This document shows, piece by piece, positions 16,791 to 26,027 of a stretch of 64,000 nt of DNA. This DNA is from a bacterium. GTDB taxonomy: Bacteria > Patescibacteriota > Saccharimonadia > Saccharimonadales > UBA4665. The first letter of the stretch is position 1. The number at the start of each line of letters is the position of its first letter. Both the position numbers and the translations under genes were made by a program. The notes beneath the pieces are model-generated. The model was not told the DNA's origin, did not search any database, and worked only from the letters and a program-made list of their open reading frames with translations. The stretch covers positions 3,490 to 67,489 of the forward strand of contig JAJYFN010000001.1 of NCBI GenBank assembly GCA_021790875.1. The letters are read 5' to 3'.

Positions 16791-18464
16791 TTAGTTATTT
16801 GGATGCTTAATAAGAATGGCTTCGTAAGGCTTGAGACGGTAACTATGTAAGTTGTCGGTGGTTGGTTTGTTCCCTAGTGCACTAGAAATTACTACTTTGC
16901 CTGATTCAGTGAAGTCATAAACTTTTGGTTTGTCATCTAGGTTTAAAACAGTCGTGTAGCGTTCGGTATTGTATTGCCGGCTGTATGCCATTATATGATC
17001 ATCAGTCTCGCCCTCTACCCTTAAGGTGCCTAATCTTAGTGCCATAGAACTCTGCCGGATACTAATTAATTGCTTATAAAGATTTAAGAATGAGCCTTCT
17101 TGTTTAGATTCCACTTCAACATTGTGGGCCTTAAAGTCATGTGCTAAAGGTAACCAAGTGTTTTCATTATCCGAAAAACCAGCTGCTGTGTTTTCTGACC
17201 ATTGCATTGGGGTCCGTTCAGGATCACGTCCCTTGCCACCGACAGCACCCGGGTCTTTAATAAACTCTTTTGGAATGCTGACGTCATGCATACCCAGCTC
17301 GTCACCGTAGTAGATAAAGATCATGCCCGGGAGCGTGAGCATCAATACGCTAAGTGCTCTTGCTCGTTCAGCTCCATAGCGTGATACAATTCGCGATTGA
17401 TCATGATTGCCGAATGCGTAGGGGGAAACGACATCTGGCCCTAGGCTTGATAATGTGCCATGAAAATCTCTTAGGAAGGCTCGCCAATCCCGGGCGCTTA
17501 AAGGTCGCTCGATACCCTCAAAAATAAAAGGCGCAGCCACTTGTGAGTTCATTCCATGGTAATATTTTAAATACTCACTTATAACATCGGTGTTGTCGCG
17601 CTGGACATAACCTTCGGTTACCATAAACTTTGGTTGACGGTTAAATGGTTTTTCAATTAAAACAGCACTCAATTCATTTAGGTAGGTGTATACCTTTGGC
17701 CAGTAAACACTATTAGAGTGGATTAATTTATCATAAGTAGTGCCGTGCTTAGGGTTATAGTGCGGGTTAATTGGGTCGTCTCGGAACTGCGGATCTTTGT
17801 CTAAGAAAATGACTGCGTCGACCCTAAAGCCATCAACGCCAAGTCGCATCCAAAAACGCAGAACTTCTTTAATAGCTTCTCTTACACTTGGATTGCTCCA
17901 GTTTAAGTCTGGTTGGCGGACATGAAAGCTGTGTAGATAATACTGCTGTCTTTCCTCAACCCATTCCCATGCCGATTGTCCGGCAAATAAGTCGAGCCAG
18001 TTATTTGGTGGAATTGGTTTATCGCCACGGTAACCTTTAGGATCTTTCCAGACGTACCAGTCACTGTATTTACTTTCCCTTGAGCGTTTCGATTCCTTGA
18101 ACCATTTGTGCTCATCTGAAGTATGGTTTGGCACAATGTCGATAATTACCTTAATGTCACGTTTATGGGCTTCACTTAAGAGCTGTTTGAAGTCCTCTAG
18201 TGTGCCAAATAGTGGATCAATGTCGCAGTAATCGGCTACATCATAGCCAAAGTCGGCCATAGGCGATGGATAAAATGGCGACAGCCAGACACCGTTAACT
18301 TTAAGTTCCTTAAGATAATCAAGACGGCTGATGATGCCCTGGATATCGCCTACGCCGTCACCGTCACTGTCCTGAAAACTACGTGGGTAAATTTGATAAA
18401 TAACTGAGCCTTGGGCCCATTTTTGTTGGTTTTTGGCTGGACGCCTTAAACTTAAGCGTTTCAC
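16791..18464 (-). CDS. GH13 alpha-glucosidase / oligo-1,6-glucosidase-type alpha-amylase family enzyme
   Basis: VIYQIYPRSFQDSDGDGVGDIQGI, DIVPNHTS, GFRVDAV, EGY and FGNHDQ conserved regions. Confidence 0.9.
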   Translation of the reverse strand: MKRLSLRRPAKNQQKWAQGSVIYQIYPRSFQDSDGDGVGDIQGIISRLDYLKELKVNGVWLSPFYPSPMADFGYDVADYCDIDPLFGTLEDFKQLLSEAHKRDIKVIIDIVPNHTSDEHKWFKESKRSRESKYSDWYVWKDPKGYRGDKPIPPNNWLDLFAGQSAWEWVEERQQYYLHSFHVRQPDLNWSNPSVREAIKEVLRFWMRLGVDGFRVDAVIFLDKDPQFRDDPINPHYNPKHGTTYDKLIHSNSVYWPKVYTYLNELSAVLIEKPFNRQPKFMVTEGYVQRDNTDVISEYLKYYHGMNSQVAAPFIFEGIERPLSARDWRAFLRDFHGTLSSLGPDVVSPYAFGNHDQSRIVSRYGAERARALSVLMLTLPGMIFIYYGDELGMHDVSIPKEFIKDPGAVGGKGRDPERTPMQWSENTAAGFSDNENTWLPLAHDFKAHNVEVESKQEGSFLNLYKQLISIRQSSMALRLGTLRVEGETDDHIMAYSRQYNTERYTTVLNLDDKPKVYDFTESGKVVISSALGNKPTTDNLHSYRLKPYEAILIKHPNN

Positions 18465-18515
18465 TAGCCTTACTTTAACATAATCCCCTCTGGGCTTGAA
18501 CGGTGAGAGCGTCTT

Positions 18516-18968
18516 TTAGGCAGTGTTTGTTCGGATCCGGCGTTCGACGTCACGCTTTTTAATTGTTTCGCGCTTGTCATAGTGTTTTTTGCCAGTGGCT
18601 ACAGCAATCTTGAGCTTTATATAACGTCCCCGATTTAGAATCTCGAGTGGAATAATTGTTTTGCCGTGCTGTTTTGTTTCAATCAGTTGGTTAATCTCGC
18701 GTCGCTTCGCTAGCAGTCGACGGGTTCTAGTCTGATCGGTTTCGCTAATTTGGATTGCGGCGGTGCCATTAATTGTGGCATTTAATAGTTGCAGCTGGTT
18801 ATCTTTAATCGTTACATATGAGCCGGTTAAGTTACCATGCCCCAGACGTAAGGCTTTAGTCTCGGCGCCAGTGAGTTCCAGGCCAACGATATAGGTGTCA
18901 TCAATGGCATAGTCAAAGCGGGCGCGCCGGTTGGTAATTGACTTGGGTTTTACTTTAGTTTTAGCCAT
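18516..18968 (-). CDS. smpB: SsrA-binding protein SmpB
   Basis: NRRARFDYAIDDTYIVGLELTGAETKALR and a C-terminal basic tail. Confidence 0.95.
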   Translation of the reverse strand: MAKTKVKPKSITNRRARFDYAIDDTYIVGLELTGAETKALRLGHGNLTGSYVTIKDNQLQLLNATINGTAAIQISETDQTRTRRLLAKRREINQLIETKQHGKTIIPLEILNRGRYIKLKIAVATGKKHYDKRETIKKRDVERRIRTNTA

Positions 18969-18989
18969 ACACTTAAACTATAGACCATT

Positions 18990-20138
18990 CTAGAGGTTTG
19001 GGTGGCTGAGTAGATATGCACCACTGTGGTAATCGTTAGCTTTAAACTGTTGTTTCGCGACATTCCAAAGTGATGGATCATTTAATATGACCATGCGGTA
19101 ATACCAGTACTCTGCCCCCCACAGCATAATGTCTTTCATGCCGGTCGATTTACCAAAGGCAAAACGATGCTCAAGTCTTTGTGCGGAGAGCGACTTATTT
19201 TGCTCATATAGGTTGGTATGAGGTATTGTTTGGCCTTTTGGTGGCCAAGCTTCAGCTTGGAGCTCGTCAATAATCATGTTCCTACCCTGATGTATTTCCT
19301 GAATGCCAGCTAGAAAACCGTAAAACCAGCCGGGATAAGGATACTCTAAGTAGCGGTGCGTGACAGCGGCGTCCCATACTCGTTTATAGATTGAGATGCC
19401 GTAAAAATCTGGTGTGGGTGAGCCTAGTGGCAGACCCAAGGCATTATTACTGCGCCCAATAATGACACTATGAGCTGAGTCGAGCTTTTTAAGCAGTTGA
19501 TATTCGCTTACTAAGCGGGCGCGGCTAAAGTTCGTGCAGGCGCCAAAGCCTTGCAGGAAGTATTCGTTTTCTAGTTGCCAGGCCTCAAGCGCTGGGTTGC
19601 CCTTGTAACGGTTAATGACCTTGCTCATGAAGCTTAATAACGCCGGCTCCCAGGTATTCATTGGTGCATTAGTATTAATCCAGCTTGGGGGGTGACATTC
19701 TGGCCAACGCGGCTGTCTTAGTCCAATCGTTAAGATAACCTTGGCGTGGTAGCGGTTAGCTAAGTTTAGCTCCCAATCAAGCTGAGTAAAGTCATAGTTA
19801 TTCTTGGTTGGTTCAATATCGCTCCAGTAGCTGGTAAGCCGGAATTGCCTAACGCCGATATTAAGTAATGCTTTCATGGTTGCTTCGGGGTTTAAACCCA
19901 GGCTTTGGGCGTAGTCCGGTATAAAGCTAACCCCGTAAGTTAGGGGAATATTGGCTTGCGTGGAGATATACCATTCCCCGATTGCAGCCATGGTACTAGT
20001 CAGTAGAAAGACTAGCGCAACTAGAATTAATAAGAGCTTACTAAGCCAGTTGCGACGCCAGTACCTTACGGGCAGTCTAAGTGCATAGAGGCAGTACTTT
20101 CTCAGCTTAGAGCGGTAAGATTCAGTCTCAACAGGCAT
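18990..20138 (-). CDS. membrane-anchored clan GH-A (beta/alpha)8 glycoside hydrolase (GH5/GH42-like)
   Basis: N-terminal TM helix, W-x-x-IEP...YDF...LD block, and WQLENEYF (acid/base NE). Family not resolved. Confidence 0.5.
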   Translation of the reverse strand: MPVETESYRSKLRKYCLYALRLPVRYWRRNWLSKLLLILVALVFLLTSTMAAIGEWYISTQANIPLTYGVSFIPDYAQSLGLNPEATMKALLNIGVRQFRLTSYWSDIEPTKNNYDFTQLDWELNLANRYHAKVILTIGLRQPRWPECHPPSWINTNAPMNTWEPALLSFMSKVINRYKGNPALEAWQLENEYFLQGFGACTNFSRARLVSEYQLLKKLDSAHSVIIGRSNNALGLPLGSPTPDFYGISIYKRVWDAAVTHRYLEYPYPGWFYGFLAGIQEIHQGRNMIIDELQAEAWPPKGQTIPHTNLYEQNKSLSAQRLEHRFAFGKSTGMKDIMLWGAEYWYYRMVILNDPSLWNVAKQQFKANDYHSGAYLLSHPNL

Positions 20139-20155
20139 ATAATAAAGCTTAGTTA

Positions 20156-21016
20156 ATGAAGCAAAAATTAAGAATCAGCATTGTTATTCCAGTATACAAC
20201 GAGGGTGATGGCCTGCGCCTGTGCCTGCAAGCGATTGAACGACTTGAGATACCACCCTTCGAAGTAATTGTGGTCGATAACAACTCAAGCGATCACTCAG
20301 CAGATGTGGCGCGGAGCTTTGCGTTCGTTAAGCTGATTAGCGAAAGTAAACAAGGCGTAGTGCACGCCCGCAGTCGTGGTTTTAACGCAGCGAGTGGCGA
20401 CATTATTGCTCGGATTGATGCTGACACTATCCTCTACCCCGCCTGGACGAAACAAGTCACAAAGTTGTTTAAGAGTGAGCCTAATTTAGCGGCAGTTTCT
20501 GGCCCCCCAGATTACTATGACTTTGTGCTTCGAAAGGTCGCTAATTGGATTGACCGCCGGATGCGTAATTTCTTAGCTAAACACTTAAGACGGCATTTAT
20601 TCTTGTATGGATCTAATATGGCTATCCGACGTAACGCTTGGCTGGAAGTTAGACAAACGCAGTGTGCTAAGTCAGGCATCCATGAAGACTTGGACCTGGC
20701 GATTCACTTGCAACTTAACGGCTTTACAATTGCTTACGATCGGAGCTTGGTAGCCGGGGTATCAATGCGCCGTTTTGGTAGTGGATTTATCAATTTTATC
20801 CGCTACACCTTAGTTAGCCCGCGCTCCTATGCAGCACACAGCCTAGCTTATGGGCTCTACATTTATCCAGTTGTCTTTGCCTGCTGGGTGCTTTATGCGC
20901 CAGCCCACATATTTCTATTAAGTTATGACGAAACTAATAAAACGCTGTCTTGGCGTTACTTTTGGGCCAACCGTCAGCAGCCAGCGCGGGTTGATCCAAC
21001 GATCAACGTCGCTTAA
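20156..21016 (+). CDS. glycosyltransferase family 2
   Basis: SIVIPVYNEG, VVDNNSSD and RIDADT (DxD) motifs, with C-terminal TM segments. Confidence 0.85.
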   Translation: MKQKLRISIVIPVYNEGDGLRLCLQAIERLEIPPFEVIVVDNNSSDHSADVARSFAFVKLISESKQGVVHARSRGFNAASGDIIARIDADTILYPAWTKQVTKLFKSEPNLAAVSGPPDYYDFVLRKVANWIDRRMRNFLAKHLRRHLFLYGSNMAIRRNAWLEVRQTQCAKSGIHEDLDLAIHLQLNGFTIAYDRSLVAGVSMRRFGSGFINFIRYTLVSPRSYAAHSLAYGLYIYPVVFACWVLYAPAHIFLLSYDETNKTLSWRYFWANRQQPARVDPTINVA

Positions 21017-21987
21017 AGCAAAGGGTTAGAAACTACCAGTCTGAGCGGCTGATCGTGGATAAAAACATTAACTTGACTTTGGGCGGGAATTGTTTCGGCT
21101 TCACCGTCAAATTGGGCATAGAGATTGTGCGTCGTAGAAAAGGTCAGGTTGTCGTCACGGCCTAGATAGTCTCCATCCGGAAAGCCATCAAAGATACTTG
21201 TTGGAATGTAGCTTAATAAATTACGTCGCTTCTCGACTAAATAATGAAACACTTCCGGCTTCGTCAGATTGGTTGGGAAGTGGAGGTACTTGGCCATTAA
21301 ATGTGAATTAATGAAGCCTTCATCAAAAAATACTTTAGGCCCCTCTTCCGTCATAACGGCGTTTAAGTCGGCAGCCCCTAAACCGCGCAGACTTAAGGTG
21401 AGTTCACTTATTGAGCGTGTTAGAGCGACTCTGCCTAATAAGCTCGTGCGGTGCTGTTCTTGGTTTAAGTATTCGCCGCTAGCGAGTAGTGCCGATAAGC
21501 CAAGTGTGGCGTAAAAAGCAGCCGCGTATAACTCAGAACTACGATCCGGTTTAGTGACTTCAAAACAAATTGGGTAAGTACTGACGATGCGGCCAGAGTT
21601 TAGAGCCTTCTCGGGGTGACGGCGTGTGAAGCGGGTATGCGTGGCTTTGGTACCGTCTTCGGCATTGCCACCACCAAGACTCCAAATTGGGGTCTGTTTT
21701 GCCTCGCTCGAGAGATTGTTATTTAAGATGGTGCGCACCACTGAGTTAAAAGTGCCATCGCCGGCAACGACTAGTAACAAATCGCTTTGCTCAAGTGAAC
21801 TGCGAATAATCTCCTTGGTCTCGGTGGGGTCGCTAGAGGTGTAAACAGTATTAATGGCAAAGGCCGAGGACGATTTTAAGCGCTCCAGACGGCGACGTCC
21901 CCGTTCGGAGTTGCTGCTCACTGGATTAATCAAAGCTGTAGCTTGCGCTATCTGGCTCAGATCTTCCGACTGAGTATATCTTTCCAC
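21013..21987 (-). CDS. diacylglycerol-kinase-family lipid kinase (YegS/LCB5-like)
   Basis: LINPVSSNSERG and VVAGDGTFNSVV (GDGT) motifs. Confidence 0.7.
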   Translation of the reverse strand: MERYTQSEDLSQIAQATALINPVSSNSERGRRRLERLKSSSAFAINTVYTSSDPTETKEIIRSSLEQSDLLLVVAGDGTFNSVVRTILNNNLSSEAKQTPIWSLGGGNAEDGTKATHTRFTRRHPEKALNSGRIVSTYPICFEVTKPDRSSELYAAAFYATLGLSALLASGEYLNQEQHRTSLLGRVALTRSISELTLSLRGLGAADLNAVMTEEGPKVFFDEGFINSHLMAKYLHFPTNLTKPEVFHYLVEKRRNLLSYIPTSIFDGFPDGDYLGRDDNLTFSTTHNLYAQFDGEAETIPAQSQVNVFIHDQPLRLVVSNPLL

Positions 21988-22029
21988 TTTCAGAGGTCCG
22001 TTTATATGCCGAGCGTAACACTTTTCGGA

Positions 22030-22599
22030 CTAATAATCTATACCCTTGTTGGCTAGGAAGTGATTATCGAAATGATGCTTCAGTTTTTTCATTTCAGTAG
22101 CAATATCCACTAGTTCTAATAGCTCGGGCTTAAAGTTACGCCCAGTAAGACATAAACTGGTTTTTGGATGGCGGCTCGTAATAAGTTCTTTTAGATCAGC
22201 ACTACTAATTAAGCCGTCATTAACGGCGTTATTAATTTCATCACAAATGACTAGATCGTACTTACCGCTACGCGCGCACTTAAGGGCAATTTCAAGCGTT
22301 CGCTCTGCAGCAATTTTATGTTCTTCAGTGGTCACGTCTTTGGCGCTTAAACTGCCGGCGTTATAGAAGCCCTTACCGCCTTTAAAAAAATATAACTTAG
22401 AGCCGTAAATTGGTTGAATCTCTTTAATAAAGTGATGTTCGCTCACTTCCCAGTGTTTAATGAACTGGATAAAGGCTACGCTCCAGCTATTCCCCAGAGC
22501 TCTGGCCATCAGGCCGACGGCAGCACTGGTTTTACCCTTGCCGGAACCGGTGTAAACAAGTACCACCGAATCTTTTGTTGCGTATCCCTCAAAAGCCAT
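22030..22599 (-). CDS. cobO: cob(I)yrinic acid a,c-diamide / corrinoid adenosyltransferase (CobA/CobO/BtuR type)
   Basis: YTGSGKGKTSAAVGLMARALG P-loop, VAFIQFIK and CDEINNAV blocks. Confidence 0.75.
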   Translation of the reverse strand: MAFEGYATKDSVVLVYTGSGKGKTSAAVGLMARALGNSWSVAFIQFIKHWEVSEHHFIKEIQPIYGSKLYFFKGGKGFYNAGSLSAKDVTTEEHKIAAERTLEIALKCARSGKYDLVICDEINNAVNDGLISSADLKELITSRHPKTSLCLTGRNFKPELLELVDIATEMKKLKHHFDNHFLANKGIDY

Positions 22600-22629
22600 A
22601 ATAGATAAGAGCTATTATGCTGTTTAAGA

Positions 22630-23133
22630 CTAGTTTGGTAAAGCAATACTACGAGCGTTAGCCTGTGATCTTAAGTACTGAGTCTCTTTGAGTGGATGGG
22701 CTGGCTTAGTATCAATCCGAATCTTGATTGCGAGCGTTGCAACGGCTCTTAATAAGTTGGCACGGTTAGAAAGGGCGACTATTTTTTCGGGGGGCATCTC
22801 ATCCTGACCATAGTTGGTGCGGTATTTGGCATATAGTTCCTCAACCACCCGCTCTTGCGATTGATCTGCAGCAAAAACTTCATCAACAATTGGATCAAAG
22901 TCGATTTCTACGAAGGCTTTTGTGTCATTTATAACTTTGCCGAAGAAAATAAAGAAACTACTAACTTCGCTACCATAGCGTTGCTGAAGCTCATTTAAGT
23001 GTTCCTGATCCTCGGTCTTTAAAGGATCGCGCCTTAACTCATCTAAAGCTAACTCTGCTGCTTCCGGTAAATCGTGTATACCGCGCAGTATTCCGTTGCT
23101 GGCGTAACTAACTTCGTGTTGCTCGTTACTCAA
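22630..23133 (-). CDS. hypothetical protein
   Basis: 167-aa ORF with a TTG start preceded by a strong SD (AAGGAGG, 10 nt upstream). No recognisable motif. Confidence 0.5.
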   Translation of the reverse strand: MSNEQHEVSYASNGILRGIHDLPEAAELALDELRRDPLKTEDQEHLNELQQRYGSEVSSFFIFFGKVINDTKAFVEIDFDPIVDEVFAADQSQERVVEELYAKYRTNYGQDEMPPEKIVALSNRANLLRAVATLAIKIRIDTKPAHPLKETQYLRSQANARSIALPN

Positions 23134-23222
23134 TGCGTGGTCCCCTCCTTAGGTAAGGCCATGGTACCACTTCAGTATGAAAACAACCTGTTGAAATTCT
23201 AACTATCGAGTCGTGAGCTAGC

Positions 23223-23501
23223 TTAAGATTGAGTGATTAGATTGTGAGCCTTTAGAGCGCTATCAATCTTGGGGCGATCAAAGCCGATGATAATATCGCC
23301 TTCAATGTCGAGGACGGGGATACCGCGCTGACCACTTTTATCAAGAGCTGCGACGCCATTAGCTGGATCGTGCTCAACGTCTAAATCGCTGTATGCTACA
23401 CCTAGTTTATCGAGGTACTCTTTTGTAGCGTGACAAAAGGCGCACCAGGTAGCGGTATAGATCTTAACTTTTGCTGAATCGTTGTTTGCCATAGCACTCA
23501 T
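23223..23501 (-). CDS. glutaredoxin/NrdH-like thioredoxin-fold protein
   Basis: YTATWCAFCHATKEYL CxxC motif and GIPVL cis-Pro region. Confidence 0.75.
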   Translation of the reverse strand: MSAMANNDSAKVKIYTATWCAFCHATKEYLDKLGVAYSDLDVEHDPANGVAALDKSGQRGIPVLDIEGDIIIGFDRPKIDSALKAHNLITQS

Positions 23502-23613
23502 TATACCTAATTCTAGGGCCAGGTTGGAAATTCAATATTAAAGATCTTATTAATCTGACTGAAAGCGCTTTTGCCCCTATCATCTCTCTTATTTATCTGT
23601 TATATTAGTACTA

Positions 23614-23916
23614 ATGAATTCGGGTGCGTCCGGTCAGCAACCGGCCAAAAAAGAAAGCTCAAATGATGAGCCTAATAAGAACACGGCTCTGCGTTTATTC
23701 GCAGTAGCTGTTATGGATATGAGCTGGCAACTGGCACTCGTAGTTTTAATTCCAATTATTGGTGGTTATGAACTAGACCGTCATTTAAACACTACGCCTT
23801 GGCTCTTAGTGCTTGGCTTTATCCTCGCGAGTGCTGGCACTTATGTTGTCATGAAGCGGATGTTAAGTGAGTACGGTAATAAGACAGTTGGGCTGCCGAA
23901 GGACAATAAGTCATGA
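23614..23916 (+). CDS. atpI: AtpI/AtpZ-like small membrane protein of the ATP synthase operon
   Basis: 100 aa with two TM helices, first gene of the atp operon, overlapping the atpB start. Confidence 0.55.
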   Translation: MNSGASGQQPAKKESSNDEPNKNTALRLFAVAVMDMSWQLALVVLIPIIGGYELDRHLNTTPWLLVLGFILASAGTYVVMKRMLSEYGNKTVGLPKDNKS

Positions 23917-24746
23917 GCTTTTTCTTAGGACGCATCTTAGCCTCTAGTGGACCGCAAGTCCATATTGCTCCGGCTAGTGTCTTTAATATTGGCCCATTAG
24001 CAATTACTAACTCCATTCTCTACGGCTGGATTGGAGCGGCTGTAATGATCGTTTTATTTATATGGATTGCGCGCCGCATTAGTGTTAAGCCAAAAGGCGG
24101 CATTATTCAATTTATTGAAGTCATCGCCGAATACATCGGCGGTACGGTTGAGAGTGCCTTTGACGATAAAGCGCGCGCCCAAAAGTACTTGCTCTACTTC
24201 GTGCCTCTCTTCTTCTTTATTTTGTTTAATAACCTGATTGGTTTAATTCCGGGGGTTGGCGAGTCGCTTACGAGTAACGGGAATGCCCTGCTGCGTCCCC
24301 TAACAGCTGACTTTAACGCAACTCTTGCCATGGCGGTTATTACGATGGGCATTGTTTACTCCAGCTCGATTAAAGAGATTGGCATTAAGGCTTACTTGAG
24401 CCATTTCTTCGTCGGCAGTTTAAAAAATCCGCTCTATATCTTCCTGGGTCTAATTGAGATGATCACCGACTTAACGCGCGTCATCAGCCTCTCCCTCCGA
24501 CTTTTTTTGAATATCTCAATTGTCGAGATTATTGTAGTCGTTTTTGCCTGGCTGGGTCATATCCTAGCGCCGGTTAGCGCAGCGCCGTTTTACTTACTTG
24601 ACTTGTTTGACGCGGTATTGCAGGCCTTTATTTTTGTGCTACTAGGCACCATGTATTTGGCCATTGCGGTAAATCACGGCTCAGCCCATGCGAAGCATGA
24701 CTTGACCGAGGAAGGGCTTCCTGAAAGAATGAATGCGAATGCCTGA
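23913..24746 (+). CDS. atpB: F0 ATP synthase subunit a
   Basis: LSLRLFLNI (essential Arg region), polytopic, correct operon position. Confidence 0.9.
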   Translation: MSFFLGRILASSGPQVHIAPASVFNIGPLAITNSILYGWIGAAVMIVLFIWIARRISVKPKGGIIQFIEVIAEYIGGTVESAFDDKARAQKYLLYFVPLFFFILFNNLIGLIPGVGESLTSNGNALLRPLTADFNATLAMAVITMGIVYSSSIKEIGIKAYLSHFFVGSLKNPLYIFLGLIEMITDLTRVISLSLRLFLNISIVEIIVVVFAWLGHILAPVSAAPFYLLDLFDAVLQAFIFVLLGTMYLAIAVNHGSAHAKHDLTEEGLPERMNANA

Positions 24747-24820
24747 TCTCAGATTAAGGATGGAGCGAGGTTGTTTTTAGTTCGTTAAATTAATATCAAG
24801 GTTAAAGGAGATATAAGTAA

Positions 24821-25048
24821 ATGGAGTTTTTCGCAGCAGCAATTAATACGACGGTCATTGCCAAGGGGTTGATGATTGGCGGTGGTTTTATTGGCCCAAG
24901 CATCGGCATGGGCGTAGTTGGCGGTAGTTACCTTCAAGCCACTGGGCGTAACCCAGAATCGAAGTTACTCGGTCAGGCTTTAGTGTTCGTGGCAATTATT
25001 GAGCTTTACGCTTTGCTCGCCTTCGCCTCCGTGTTCTTCATTGCTTAA
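24821..25048 (+). CDS. atpE: F0 ATP synthase subunit c
   Basis: 75-aa hairpin with a GxGxGxG helix and IIELYAL carboxylate. SD AAAGGAG lies upstream. Confidence 0.9.
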   Translation: MEFFAAAINTTVIAKGLMIGGGFIGPSIGMGVVGGSYLQATGRNPESKLLGQALVFVAIIELYALLAFASVFFIA

Positions 25049-25087
25049 TAGTAATAATAAGAAAAGTTAGATAAGCGGTTTATATCA

Positions 25088-25618
25088 ATGCAAACACTTG
25101 TTACACATTTTGGCAGTTCTTCCGGACTTGGTGCCCTTGGCCTTAGTCTGTCTTCGTTCCTAATTCAGCTTGGTACTTTCATCATTGCGCTTTTGGTACT
25201 GCGCAAGTGGGCTTTTAGACCAATTATGAAAGTCCTAAACGATCGCCGTGAGGCTATTGAAAAGGGTGTTACTTTAGGTGAGCAAATGGAGCGCGAAAAG
25301 GCAGAGCTGGAGGCTAAAGTTGCTGCTACCTTAACTAAGACCCGTGTCCAGGCCGATAAGATTATTGCTGATGCCAACACGACTGCGCGTCAAATGGTGC
25401 ACGATGCCGAAGAGGCTGCCCGCACTAAGGCAGGCGGTATTGTTAAAGAAGCCACCGCGCGCGGTGAGTTTGAAACCAAGCGTGCCTGGCGCAAACTGGA
25501 AGGTCAATTAGCGTCCCTCGTTACGGATGCGACTGAAGCAGTGGTCGGCGAAAAGGTCGATGCGAATAAGGACTCAGCCTTAATTAACCGCGCCTTAAAG
25601 GAGCAGATTAAGGCATGA
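25088..25618 (+). CDS. atpF: F0 ATP synthase subunit b
   Basis: N-terminal TM helix followed by a long charged helix; correct operon position. Confidence 0.85.
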   Translation: MQTLVTHFGSSSGLGALGLSLSSFLIQLGTFIIALLVLRKWAFRPIMKVLNDRREAIEKGVTLGEQMEREKAELEAKVAATLTKTRVQADKIIADANTTARQMVHDAEEAARTKAGGIVKEATARGEFETKRAWRKLEGQLASLVTDATEAVVGEKVDANKDSALINRALKEQIKA

Positions 25619-26025
25619 AAGTAGCGCGGGGACAGATTGCATCAGCACTTACGGCTCAGCTTGCAAGCGGTAATAGCGATTCTAAGAGCTTGGCTAGTTC
25701 TGTGGCTGCCTATTTGCTAGAGCAACACCGCACGGGCGAGCTTGATTCATTGATGCGTGATGTAATGGAAGCGCGCAGTAATCAAGGCATAGTTGAAGTT
25801 ACGGCCGTTAGTGCTCACCCTCTTGATGAACGCGCTACAGCTGACGTTAAAGCCGAAGTTAAAACTTTGTTTCCAGATGCGCATGCGGTTATTGTCAGCC
25901 CGCGTCTTGAGCCGGCTTTAATTGGTGGCATTAGACTTGAGTTTGCAAACGCCCAATTAGATTTAAGCTTAAAAGCTAAACTGAATCGGATGCGACAATT
26001 AATTACTTACGGAAAGGACCAATAA
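25615..26025 (+). CDS. atpH: F1 ATP synthase subunit delta (short, 136 aa)
   Basis: Position between atpF and atpA, and the C-terminal [13 protein letters not shown] pattern. It is about 40 aa shorter than typical delta subunits. Confidence 0.75.
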   Translation: MKVARGQIASALTAQLASGNSDSKSLASSVAAYLLEQHRTGELDSLMRDVMEARSNQGIVEVTAVSAHPLDERATADVKAEVKTLFPDAHAVIVSPRLEPALIGGIRLEFANAQLDLSLKAKLNRMRQLITYGKDQ

Positions 26026-26027
26026 AA

